64,000 nucleotides of DNA from Auanema rhodensis (Eukaryota; Animalia; Nematoda). The notes beneath the pieces were generated by a model. It made no database searches and was not told the DNA's origin. It saw nothing but the letters and a program-made list of their open reading frames with translations. The stretch covers positions 1,674,001 through 1,738,000 of the forward strand of contig OZ059895.1 in NCBI GenBank assembly GCA_964057225.1, written 5' to 3'. Shown here one piece after another: positions 39,241 to 53,600 of the stretch. How positions within the stretch are numbered: position 1 is the first letter of the stretch; each line of letters opens with the position of its first letter. A program made the position numbers and the translations under genes.

Positions 39241-42200
39241 AATGTTGAGTGTACATGGAAACTCAACATACACTAATGCATCATTTTTCAAACGATCATA
39301 ACTAATTTTTGTATCAAGCGTTTCTCGATGTAGTATAGTGCATTCGATGCGGATTTTTAAGCTGCGTCGATCTGTGTTATCAGATTTGCGCTAGCTTAAA
39401 AATGCACCGAGATATCAACTGATATAAGTTCACACTTATATCCTCGATTTTCACCCTGAAGAATTAATTTTTTCGTTGAATAACATTGTCCATCGTCTTT
39501 GCCTTGAAAAATGGAATCTAAAAACATCTACTTTTTGCTAAATTATTTTGAAATTTTCCGAAAAAATTTTTGTCAAAATGTTTTTGGAAGCAATGTTGAG
39601 TGTACATGGAAACTCAACATACACTAATGCATCATTTTTCAAACAATCATAACTTATTTGTGTATTAAGCGTTTCTCAATGTAGTATAGTGCATTCGATG
39701 CGGATTTTTAAGCTGCGTCGATCTGTGTTATCAGATTTGCGCCAGCTTAAAAATGCACCGAGATATCAACTGATATAAGTTCACACTTATATCCTCGATT
39801 TTCACCCTGAAGAATTAATTTTTTCGTTGAATAACATTGTCCATCGTCTTTGCCTTGAAAAATGGAATCTAAAAACATCTACTTTTTGCTAAATTATTTT
39901 GAAATTTTTCGAAAAAATTTTTGTCAAAATGTTTTTGGAAGCAATGTTGAGTGTACATGGAAACTCAACATACACTAATGCATCATTTTTCAAACAATCA
40001 TAACTTATTTGTGTATTAAGCGTTTCTCAATGTAGTATAGTGCATTCGATGCGGATTTTTAAGCTGCGTCGATCTGTGTTATCAGATTTGCGCTAGCTTT
40101 AAAATGCACCGAGATATCAACTGATATAAGTTCACACTTATATCCTCGATTTTCACCCTGAAGAATTAATTTTTTCGTTGAATAACATTGTCCATCGTCT
40201 TTGCCTTGAAAAATGGAATCTAAAAACATCTACTTTTTGCTAAATTATTTTGAAATTTTTCGAAAAAATTTTTGTCAAAATGTTTTTGGAAGCAATGTTG
40301 AGTGTACATGGAAACTCAACATACACTAATGCATCATTTTTCAAACGATCATAACTAATTTTTGTATCAAGCGTTTCTCGATGTAGTATAGTGCATTCGA
40401 TGCGGATTTTTAAGCTGCGTCGATCTGTGTTATCAGATTTGCGCTAGCTTAAAAATGCACCGAGATATCAACTGATATAAGTTCACACTTATATCCTCGA
40501 TTTTCACCCTGAAGAATTAATTTTTTCGTTGAATAACATTGTCCATCGTCTTTGCCTTGAAAAATGGAATCTAAAAACATCTACTTTTTGCTAAATTATT
40601 TTGAAATTTTCCGAAAAAATTTTTGTCAAAATGTTTTTGGAAGCAATGTTGAGTGTACATGGAAACTCAACATACACTAATGCATCATTTTTCAAACAAT
40701 CATAACTTATTTGTGTATTAAGCGTTTCTCAATGTAGTATAGTGCATTCGATGCGGATTTTTAAGCTGCGTCGATCTGTGTTATCAGATTTGCGCCAGCT
40801 TAAAAATGCACCGAGATATCAACTGATATAAGTTCACACTTATATCCTCGATTTTCACCCTGAAGAATTAATTTTTTCGTTGAATAACATTGTCCATCGT
40901 CTTTGCCTTGAAAAATGGAATCTAAAAACATCTACTTTTTGCTAAATTATTTTGAAATTTTTCGAAAAAATTTTTGTCAAAATGTTTTTGGAAGCAATGT
41001 TGAGTGTACATGGAAACTCAACATACACTAATGCATCATTTTTCAAACAATCATAACTTATTTGTGTATTAAGCGTTTCTCAATGTAGTATAGTGCATTC
41101 GATGCGGATTTTTAAGCTGCGTCGATCTGTGTTATCAGATTTGCGCTAGCTTTAAAATGCACCGAGATATCAACTGATATAAGTTCACACTTATATCCTC
41201 GATTTTCACCCTGAAGAATTAATTTTTTCGTTGAATAACATTGTCCATCGTCTTTGCCTTGAAAAATGGAATCTAAAAACATCTACTTTTTGCTAAATTA
41301 TTTTGAAATTTTTCGAAAAAATTTTTGTCAAAATGTTTTTGGAAGCAATGTTGAGTGTACATGGAAACTCAACATACACTAATGCATCATTTTTCAAACA
41401 ATCATAACTTATTTGTGTATTAAGCGTTTCTCAATGTAGTATAGTGCATTCGATGCGGATTTTTAAGCTGCGTCGATCTGTGTTATCAGATTTGCGCTAG
41501 CTTAAAAATGCACCGAGATATCAACTGATATAAGTTCACACTTATATCCTCGATTTTCACCCTGAAGAATTAATTTTTTCGTTGAATAACATTGTCTATC
41601 GTCTTTGCCTTGAAAAATGGAATCTAAAAACATCTACTTTTTGCTAAATTATTTTGAAATTTTTCGAAAAAATTTTTGTCAAAATGTTTTTGGAAGCAAT
41701 GTTGAGTGTACATGGAAACTCAACATACACTAATGCATCATTTTTCAAACAATCATAACTAATTTTTGTATCAAGCGTTTCTCGATGTAGTATAGTGCAT
41801 TCGATGCGGATTTTTAAGCTGCGTCGATCTGTGTTATCAGATTTGCGCTAGCTTAAAAATGCACCGAGATATCAACTGATATAAGTTCACACTTATATCC
41901 TCGATTTTCACCCTGAAGAATTAATTTTTTCGTTGAATAACATTGTCCATCGTCTTTGCCTTGAAAAATGGAATCTAAAAACATCTACTTTTCGCTAAAT
42001 TATTTTGAAATTTTTCGAAAAAATTTTTGTCAAAATGTTTTTGGAAGCAATGTTGAGTATACATGGAAACTCAACATACACTAATGCATCATTTTTCAAA
42101 CGATCATAACTAATTTTTGTATCAAGCGTTTCTCAATGTAGTATAGTGCATTCGATGCCGATTTTTAAGCTGCGTCGATCTGTGTTATCAGATTTGCGCT

Positions 42201-45200
42201 AGCTTAAAAATGCACCGAGATATCAACTGATATAAGTTCACACTTATATCCTCGATTTTCACCCTGAAGAATTAATTTTTTCGTTGAATAACATTGTCTA
42301 TCGTCTTTGCCTTGAAAAATGGAATCTAAAAACATCTACTTTTTGCTAAATTATTTTGAAATTTTTCGAAAAAATTTTTGTCAAAATGTTTTTGGAAGCA
42401 ATGTTGAGTGTACATGGAAACTCAACATACACTAATGCATCATTTTTCAAACAATCATAACTAATTTTTGTATTAGCTTTTCTCAATGTAGTATAGTGCA
42501 TTCGATGCCGATTTTTAAGCTGCGTCGATCTGTGTTATCAGATTTGCGCTAGCTTAAAAATGCACCGAGATATCAACTGATATAAGTTCACACTTATATC
42601 CTCGATTTTCACCCTGAAGAATTAATTTTTTCGTTGAATAACATTGTCTATCGTCTTTGCCTTGAAAAATGGAATCTAAAAACATCTACTTTTTGCTAAA
42701 TTATTTTGAAATTTTTCGAAAAAATTTTTGTCAAAATGTTTTTGGAAGCAATGTTGAGTGTACATGGAAACTCAACATACACTAATGCATCATTTTTCAA
42801 ACAATCATAACTAATTTTTGTATCAAGCGTTTCTCGATGTAGTATAGTGCATTCGATGCGGATTTTTAAGCTGCGTCGATCTGTGTTATCAGATTTGCGC
42901 TAGCTTAAAAATGCACCGAGATATCAACTGATATAAGTTCACACTTATATCCTCGATTTTCACCCTGAAGAATTAATTTTTTCGTTGAATAACATTGTCC
43001 ATCGTCTTTGCCTTGAAAAATGGAATCTAAAAACATCTACTTTTTGCTAAATTATTTTGAAATTTTTCGAAAAAATTTTTGTCAAAATGTTTTTGGAAGC
43101 AATGTTGAGTGTACATGGAAACTCAACATACACTAATGCATCATTTTTCAAACGATCATAACTAATTTTTGTATCAAGCGTTTCTCAATGTAGTATAGTG
43201 CATTCGATGCCGATTTTTAAGCTGCGTCGATCTGTGTTATCAGATTTGCGCTAGCTTAAAAATGCACCGAGATATCAACTGATATAAGTTCACACTTATA
43301 TCCTCGATTTTCACCCTGAAGAATTAATTTTTTCGTTGAATAACATTGTCTATCGTCTTTGCCTTGAAAAATGGAATCTAAAAACATCTACTTTTTGCTA
43401 AATTATTTTGAAATTTTTCGAAAAAATTTTTGTCAAAATGTTTTTGGAAGCAATGTTGAGTGTACATGGAAACTCAACATACACTAATGCATCATTTTTC
43501 AAACAATCATAACTAATTTTTGTATTAGCTTTTCTCAATGTAGTATAGTGCATTCGATGCCGATTTTTAAGCTGCGTCGATCTGTGTTATCAGATTTGCG
43601 CTAGCTTAAAAATGCACCGAGATATCAACTGATATAAGTTCACACTTATATCCTCGATTTTCACCCTGAAGAATTAATTTTTTCGTTGAATAACATTGTC
43701 TATCGTCTTTGCCTTGAAAAATGGAATCTAAAAACATCTACTTTTTGCTAAATTATTTTGAAATTTTTCGAAAAAATTTTTTGTCAAAATGTTTTTGGAA
43801 GCAATGTTGAGTGTACATGGAGACTCAACATACACTAATGCATCATTTTTCAAACAATCATAACTAATTTTTGTATCAAGCGTTTCTCGATGTAGTATAG
43901 TGCATTCGATGCGGATTTTTAAGCTGCGTCGATCTGTGTTATCAGATTTGCGCTAGCTTAAAAATGCACCGAGATATCAACTGATATAAGTTCACACTTA
44001 TATCCTCGATTTTCACCCTGAAGAATTAATTTTTTCGTTGAATAACATTGTCCATCGTCTTTGCCTTGAAAAATGGAATCTAAAAACATCTACTTTTTGC
44101 TAAATTATTTTGAAATTTTTCGAAAAAATTTTTGTCAAAATGTTTTTGGAAGCAATGTTCAGTGTACATGGAAACTCAACATACACTAATGCATCATTTT
44201 TCAAACGATCATAACTAATTTTTGTATCAAGCGTTTCTCGATGTAGTATAGTGCATTCGATGCGGATTTTTAAGCTGCGTCGATCTGTGTTATCAGATTT
44301 GCGCTAACTTAAAAATGCACCGAGATATCAACTGATATAAGTTCACACTTATATCCTCGATTTTCATCCTGAAGAATTAATTTTTTCGTTGAATAACATT
44401 GTCTATCGTCTTTGCCTTGAAAAATGGAATCTAAAAACATCTACTTTTTGCTAAATTATTTTGAAATTTTTCGAAAAAATTTTTGTCAAAATGTTTTTGG
44501 AAGCAATGTTGAGTGTACATGGAAACTCAACATACACTAATGCATCATTTTTCAAACAATCATAACTAATTTGTGTATTAAGCGTTTCTCAATGTAGTAT
44601 AGTGCATTCGATGCGGATTTTTAAGCTGCGGCGATCTGTGTTATCAGATTTGCGCTAACTTAAAAATGCACCGAGATATCAACTGATATAAGTTCACACT
44701 TATATCCTCGATTTTCATCCTGAAGAATTAATTTTTTCGTTGAATAACATTGTCTATCGTCTTTGCCTTGAAAAATGGAATCTAAAAACATCTACTTTTT
44801 GCTAAATTATTTTGAAATTTTTCGAAAAAATTTTTTGTCAAAATGTTTTTGGAAGCAATGTTGAGTGTACATGGAGACTCAACATACACTAATGCATCAT
44901 TTTTCAAACAATCATAACTAATTTTTGTATCAAGCGTTTCTCGATGTAGTATAGTGCATTCGATGCGGATTTTTAAGCTGCGTCGATCTGTGTTATCAGA
45001 TTTGCGCTAGCTTAAAAATGCACCGAGATATCAACTGATATAAGTTCACACTTATATCCTCGATTTTCACCCTGAAGAATTAATTTTTTCGTTGAATAAC
45101 ATTGTCCATCGTCTTTGCCTTGAAAAATGGAATCTAAAAACATCTACTTTTTGCTAAATTATTTTGAAATTTTTCGAAAAAATTTTTGTCAAAATGTTTT

Positions 45201-48200
45201 TGGAAGCAATGTTGAGTGTACATGGAAACTCAACATACACTAATGCATCATTTTTCAAACAATCATAACTTATTTGTGTATTAAGCGTTTCTCAATGTAG
45301 TATAGTGCATTCGATGCGGATTTTTAAGCTGCGTCGATCTGTGTTATCAGATTTGCGCTAGCTTTAAAATGCACCGAGATATCAACTGATATAAGTTCAC
45401 ACTTATATCCTCGATTTTCACCCTGAAGAATTAATTTTTTCGTTGAATAACATTGTCCATCGTCTTTGCCTTGAAAAATGGAATCTAAAAACATCTACTT
45501 TTTGCTAAATTATTTTGAAATTTTTCGAAAAAATTTTTGTCAAAATGTTTTTGGAAGCAATGTTGAGTGTACATGGAAACTCAACATACACTAATGCATC
45601 ATTTTTCAAACAATCATAACTTATTTGTGTATTAAGCGTTTCTCAATGTAGTATAGTGCATTCGATGCGGATTTTTAAGCTGCGTCGATCTGTGTTATCA
45701 GATTTGCGCTAGCTTAAAAATGCACCGAGATATCAACTGATATAAGTTCACACTTATATCCTCGATTTTCACCCTGAAGAATTAATTTTTTCGTTGAATA
45801 ACATTGTCTATCGTCTTTGCCTTGAAAAATGGAATCTAAAAACATCTACTTTTTGCTAAATTATTTTGAAATTTTTCGAAAAAATTTTTGTCAAAATGTT
45901 TTTGGAAGCAATGTTGAGTGTACATGGAAACTCAACATACACTAATGCATCATTTTTCAAACAATCATAACTAATTTTTGTATCAAGCGTTTCTCGATGT
46001 AGTATAGTGCATTCGATGCGGATTTTTAAGCTGCGTCGATCTGTGTTATCAGATTTGCGCTAGCTTAAAAATGCACCGAGATATCAACTGATATAAGTTC
46101 ACACTTATATCCTCGATTTTCACCCTGAAGAATTAATTTTTTCGTTGAATAACATTGTCCATCGTCTTTGCCTTGAAAAATGGAATCTAAAAACATCTAC
46201 TTTTCGCTAAATTATTTTGAAATTTTTCGAAAAAATTTTTGTCAAAATGTTTTTGGAAGCAATGTTGAGTATACATGGAAACTCAACATACACTAATGCA
46301 TCATTTTTCAAACGATCATAACTAATTTTTGTATCAAGCGTTTCTCAATGTAGTATAGTGCATTCGATGCCGATTTTTAAGCTGCGTCGATCTGTGTTAT
46401 CAGATTTGCGCTAGCTTAAAAATGCACCGAGATATCAACTGATATAAGTTCACACTTATATCCTCGATTTTCACCCTGAAGAATTAATTTTTTCGTTGAA
46501 TAACATTGTCTATCGTCTTTGCCTTGAAAAATGGAATCTAAAAACATCTACTTTTTGCTAAATTATTTTGAAATTTTTCGAAAAAATTTTTGTCAAAATG
46601 TTTTTGGAAGCAATGTTGAGTGTACATGGAAACTCAACATACACTAATGCATCATTTTTCAAACAATCATAACTAATTTTTGTATTAGCTTTTCTCAATG
46701 TAGTATAGTGCATTCGATGCCGATTTTTAAGCTGCGTCGATCTGTGTTATCAGATTTGCGCTAGCTTAAAAATGCACCGAGATATCAACTGATATAAGTT
46801 CACACTTATATCCTCGATTTTCACCCTGAAGAATTAATTTTTTCGTTGAATAACATTGTCTATCGTCTTTGCCTTGAAAAATGGAATCTAAAAACATCTA
46901 CTTTTTGCTAAATTATTTTGAAATTTTTCGAAAAAATTTTTGTCAAAATGTTTTTGGAAGCAATGTTGAGTGTACATGGAAACTCAACATACACTAATGC
47001 ATCATTTTTCAAACAATCATAACTAATTTTTGTATCAAGCGTTTCTCGATGTAGTATAGTGCATTCGATGCGGATTTTTAAGCTGCGTCGATCTGTGTTA
47101 TCAGATTTGCGCTAGCTTAAAAATGCACCGAGATATCAACTGATATAAGTTCACACTTATATCCTCGATTTTCACCCTGAAGAATTAATTTTTTCGTTGA
47201 ATAACATTGTCCATCGTCTTTGCCTTGAAAAATGGAATCTAAAAACATCTACTTTTTGCTAAATTATTTTGAAATTTTTCGAAAAAATTTTTGTCAAAAT
47301 GTTTTTGGAAGCAATGTTGAGTGTACATGGAAACTCAACATACACTAATGCATCATTTTTCAAACGATCATAACTAATTTTTGTATCAAGCGTTTCTCAA
47401 TGTAGTATAGTGCATTCGATGCCGATTTTTAAGCTGCGTCGATCTGTGTTATCAGATTTGCGCTAGCTTAAAAATGCACCGAGATATCAACTGATATAAG
47501 TTCACACTTATATCCTCGATTTTCACCCTGAAGAATTAATTTTTTCGTTGAATAACATTGTCTATCGTCTTTGCCTTGAAAAATGGAATCTAAAAACATC
47601 TACTTTTTGCTAAATTATTTTGAAATTTTTCGAAAAAATTTTTGTCAAAATGTTTTTGGAAGCAATGTTGAGTGTACATGGAAACTCAACATACACTAAT
47701 GCATCATTTTTCAAACAATCATAACTAATTTTTGTATTAGCTTTTCTCAATGTAGTATAGTGCATTCGATGCCGATTTTTAAGCTGCGTCGATCTGTGTT
47801 ATCAGATTTGCGCTAGCTTAAAAATGCACCGAGATATCAACTGATATAAGTTCACACTTATATCCTCGATTTTCACCCTGAAGAATTAATTTTTTCGTTG
47901 AATAACATTGTCTATCGTCTTTGCCTTGAAAAATGGAATCTAAAAACATCTACTTTTTGCTAAATTATTTTGAAATTTTTCGAAAAAATTTTTGTCAAAA
48001 TGTTTTTGGAAGCAATGTTGAGTGTACATGGAAACTCAACATACACTAATGCATCATTTTTCAAACAATCATAACTAATTTTTGTATCAAGCGTTTCTCG
48101 ATGTAGTATAGTGCATTCGATGCGGATTTTTAAGCTGCGTCGATCTGTGTTATCAGATTTGCGCTAGCTTAAAAATGCACCGAGATATCAACTGATATAA

Positions 48201-51200
48201 GTTCACACTTATATCCTCGATTTTCACCCTGAAGAATTAATTTTTTCGTTGAATAACATTGTCCATCGTCTTTGCCTTGAAAAATGGAATCTAAAAACAT
48301 CTACTTTTTGCTAAATTATTTTGAAATTTTTCGAAAAAATTTTTGTCAAAATGTTTTTGGAAGCAATGTTGAGTGTACATGGAAACTCAACATACACTAA
48401 TGCATCATTTTTCAAACGATCATAACTAATTTTTGTATCAAGCGTTTCTCAATGTAGTATAGTGCATTCGATGCCGATTTTTAAGCTGCGTCGATCTGTG
48501 TTATCAGATTTGCGCTAGCTTAAAAATGCACCGAGATATCAACTGATATAAGTTCACACTTATATCCTCGATTTTCACCCTGAAGAATTAATTTTTTCGT
48601 TGAATAACATTGTCTATCGTCTTTGCCTTGAAAAATGGAATCTAAAAACATCTACTTTTTGCTAAATTATTTTGAAATTTTTCGAAAAAATTTTTGTCAA
48701 AATGTTTTTGGAAGCAATGTTGAGTGTACATGGAAACTCAACATACACTAATGCATCATTTTTCAAACAATCATAACTAATTTTTGTATTAGCTTTTCTC
48801 AATGTAGTATAGTGCATTCGATGCGGATTTTTAAGCTGCGTCGATCTGTGTTATCAGATTTGCGCTAGCTTAAAAATGCACCGAGATATCAACTGATATA
48901 AGTTCACACTTATATCCTCGATTTTCACCCTGAAGAATTAATTTTTTCGTTGAATAACATTGTCCATCGTCTTTGCCTTGAAAAATGGAATCTAAAAACA
49001 TCTACTTTTTGCTAAATTATTTTGAAATTTTTCGAAAAAATTTTTGTCAAAATGTTTTTGGAAGCAATGTTGAGTATACATGGAAACTCAACATACACTA
49101 ATGCATCATTTTTCAAACGATCATAACTAATTTTTGTATCAAGCGTTTCTCAATGTAGTATAGTGCATTCGATGCCGATTTTTAAGCTGCGTCGATCTGT
49201 GTTATCAGATTTGCGCTAGCTTAAAAATGCACCGAGATATCAACTGATATAAGTTCACACTTATATCCTCGATTTTCACCCTGAAGAATTAATTTTTTCG
49301 TTGAATAACATTGTCTATCGTCTTTGCCTTGAAAAATGGAATCTAAAAACATCTACTTTTTGCTAAATTATTTTGAAATTTTTCGAAAAAATTTTTGTCA
49401 AAATGTTTTTGGAAGCAATGTTGAGTGTACATGGAAACTCAACATACACTAATGCATCATTTTTCAAACAATCATAACTAATTTTTGTATTAGCTTTTCT
49501 CAATGTAGTATAGTGCATTCGATGCCGATTTTTAAGCTGCGTCGATCTGTGTTATCAGATTTGCGCTAGCTTAAAAATGCACCGAGATATCAACTGATAT
49601 AAGTTCACACTTATATCCTCGATTTTCACCCTGAAGAATTAATTTTTTCGTTGAATAACATTGTCTATCGTCTTTGCCTTGAAAAATGGAATCTAAAAAC
49701 ATCTACTTTTTGCTAAATTATTTTGAAATTTTTCGAAAAAATTTTTGTCAAAATGTTTTTGGAAGCAATGTTGAGTGTACATGGAAACTCAACATACACT
49801 AATGCATCATTTTTCAAACAATCATAACTAATTTTTGTATCAAGCGTTTCTCGATGTAGTATAGTGCATTCGATGCGGATTTTTAAGCTGCGTCGATCTG
49901 TGTTATCAGATTTGCGCTAGCTTAAAAATGCACCGAGATATCAACTGATATAAGTTCACACTTATATCCTCGATTTTCACCCTGAAGAATTAATTTTTTC
50001 GTTGAATAACATTGTCCATCGTCTTTGCCTTGAAAAATGGAATCTAAAAACATCTACTTTTTGCTAAATTATTTTGAAATTTTTCGAAAAAATTTTTGTC
50101 AAAATGTTTTTGGAAGCAATGTTGAGTGTACATGGAAACTCAACATACACTAATGCATCATTTTTCAAACGATCATAACTAATTTTTGTATCAAGCGTTT
50201 CTCAATGTAGTATAGTGCATTCGATGCCGATTTTTAAGCTGCGTCGATCTGTGTTATCAGATTTGCGCTAGCTTAAAAATGCACCGAGATATCAACTGAT
50301 ATAAGTTCACACTTATATCCTCGATTTTCACCCTGAAGAATTAATTTTTTCGTTGAATAACATTGTCTATCGTCTTTGCCTTGAAAAATGGAATCTAAAA
50401 ACATCTACTTTTTGCTAAATTATTTTGAAATTTTTCGAAAAAATTTTTGTCAAAATGTTTTTGGAAGCAATGTTGAGTGTACATGGAAACTCAACATACA
50501 CTAATGCATCATTTTTCAAACAATCATAACTAATTTTTGTATTAGCTTTTCTCAATGTAGTATAGTGCATTCGATGCGGATTTTTAAGCTGCGTCGATCT
50601 GTGTTATCAGATTTGCGCTAGCTTTAAAATGCACCGAGATATCAACTGATATAAGTTCACACTTATATCCTCGATTTTCACCCTGAAGAATTAATTTTTT
50701 CGTTGAATAACATTGTCCATCGTCTTTGCCTTGAAAAATGGAATCTAAAAACATCTACTTTTTGCTAAATTATTTTGAAATTTTTCGAAAAAATTTTTGT
50801 CAAAATGTTTTTGGAAGCAATGTTGAGTGTACATGGAAACTCAACATACACTAATGCATCATTTTTCAAACGATCATAACTAATTTTTGTATCAAGCGTT
50901 TCTCGATGTAGTATAGTGCATTCGATGCGGATTTTTAAGCTGCGTCGATCTGTGTTATCAGATTTGCGCTAGCTTAAAAATGCACCGAGATATCAACTGA
51001 TATAAGTTCACACTTATATCCTCGATTTTCACCCTGAAGAATTAATTTTTTCGTTGAATAACATTGTCCATCGTCTTTGCCTTGAAAAATGGAATCTAAA
51101 AACATCTACTTTTTGCTAAATTATTTTGAAATTTTTCGAAAAAATTTTTGTCAAAATGTTTTTGGAAGCAATGTTGAGTGTACATGGAAACTCAACATAC

Positions 51201-53600
51201 ACTAATGCATCATTTTTCAAACGATCATAACTAATTTTTGTATCAAGCGTTTCTCAATGTAGTATAGTGCATTCGATGCCGATTTTTAAGCTGCGTCGAT
51301 CTGTGTTATCAGATTTGCGCTAGCTTAAAAATGCACCGAGATATCAACTGATATAAGTTCACACTTATATCCTCGATTTTCACCCTGAAGAATTAATTTT
51401 TTCGTTGAATAACATTGTCTATCGTCTTTGCCTTGAAAAATGGAATCTAAAAACATCTACTTTTTGCTAAATTATTTTGAAATTTTTCGAAAAAATTTTT
51501 GTCAAAATGTTTTTGGAAGCAATGTTGAGTGTACATGGAAACTCAACATACACTAATGCATCATTTTTCAAACAATCATAACTAATTTTTGTATTAGCTT
51601 TTCTCAATGTAGTATAGTGCATTCGATGCGGATTTTTAAGCTGCGTCGATCTGTGTTATCAGATTTGCGCTAGCTTTAAAATGCACCGAGATATCAACTG
51701 ATATAAGTTCACACTTATATCCTCGATTTTCACCCTGAAGAATTAATTTTTTCGTTGAATAACATTGTCCATCGTCTTTGCCTTGAAAAATGGAATCTAA
51801 AAACATCTACTTTTTGCTAAATTATTTTGAAATTTTTCGAAAAAATTTTTGTCAAAATGTTTTTGGAAGCAATGTTGAGTGTACATGGAAACTCAACATA
51901 CACTAATGCATCATTTTTCAAACGATCATAACTAATTTTTGTATCAAGCGTTTCTCAATGTAGTATAGTGCATTCGATGCCGATTTTTAAGCTGCGTCGA
52001 TCTGTGTTATCAGATTTGCGCTAGCTTAAAAATGCACCGAGATATCAACTGATATAAGTTCACACTTATATCCTCGATTTTCACCCTGAAGAATTAATTT
52101 TTTCGTTGAATAACATTGTCTATCGTCTTTGCCTTGAAAAATGGAATCTAAAAACATCTACTTTTTGCTAAATTATTTTGAAATTTTTCGAAAAAATTTT
52201 TGTCAAAATGTTTTTGGAAGCAATGTTGAGTGTACATGGAAACTCAACATACACTAATGCATCATTTTTCAAACAATCATAACTAATTTTTGTATTAGCT
52301 TTTCTCAATGTAGTATAGTGCATTCGATGCGGATTTTTAAGCTGCGTCGATCTGTGTTATCAGATTTGCGCTAGCTTTAAAATGCACCGAGATATCAACT
52401 GATATAAGTTCACACTTATATCCTCGATTTTCACCCTGAAGAATTAATTTTTTCGTTGAATAACATTGTCCATCGTCTTTTCCTTGAAAAATGGAATCTA
52501 AAAACATCTACTTTTTGCTAAATTATTTTGAAATTTTTCGAAAAAATTTTTGTCAAAATGTTTTTGGAAGCAATGTTGAGTGTACATGGAAACTCAACAT
52601 ACACTAATGCATCATTTTTCAAACGATCATAACTAATTTTTGTATCAAGCGTTTCTCAATGTAGTATAGTGCATTCGATGCCGATTTTTAAGCTGCGTCG
52701 ATCTGTGTTATCAGATTTGCGCTAGCTTAAAAATGCACCGAGATATCAACTGATATAAGTTCACACTTATATCCTCGATTTTCACCCTGAAGAATTAATT
52801 TTTTCGTTGAATAACATTGTCTATCGTCTTTGCCTTGAAAAATGGAATCTAAAAACATCTACTTTTTGCTAAATTATTTTGAAATTTTTCGAAAAAATTT
52901 TTGTCAAAATGTTTTTGGAAGCAATGTTGAGTGTACATGGAAACTCAACATACACTAATGCATCATTTTTCAAACAATCATAACTAATTTTTGTATCAAG
53001 CGTTTCTCAATGTAGTATAGTGCATTCGATGCGGATTTTTAAGCTGCGTCGATCTGTGTTATCAGATTTGCGCTAGCTTAAAAATGCACCGAGATATCAA
53101 CTGATATAAGTTCACACTTATATCCTCGATTTTCACCCTGAAGAATTAATTTTTTCGTTGAATAACATTGTCCATCGTCTTTGCCTTGAAAAATGGAATC
53201 TAAAAACATCTACTTTTTGCTAAATTATTTTGAAATTTTTCGAAAAAATTTTTGTCAAAATGTTTTTGGAAGCAATGTTGAGTGTACATGAAAACTCAAC
53301 ATACACTAATGCATCATTTTTCAAACGATCATAACTAATTTTTATATTAGCTTTTCTCAATGTAGTATAGTGCATTCGATGCGGATTTTTAAGCTGCGTC
53401 GATCTGTGTTATCAGATTTGCGCTAGCTTTAAAATGCACCGAGATATCAACTGATATAAGTTCACACTTATATCCTCGATTTTCACCCTGAAGAATTAAT
53501 TTTTTCGTTGAATAACATTGTCCATCGTCTTTGCCTTGAAAAATGGAATCTAAAAACATCTACTTTTTGCTAAATTATTTTGAAATTTTTCGAAAAAATT
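39241..53600 (+). repeat. Satellite domain with trimeric HORs (1052-1053 bp) and a 12-monomer-offset duplication
   Basis: Deletion monomers start at 42400, 43452, 46612, 47664, 48716, 49417, 50469, 51521 and 52222. The ttttCgcta + gagtAtacat pair is repeated at a 4212-bp offset. ttttCcgaaa is repeated at a 1053-bp offset. Confidence 0.82.
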
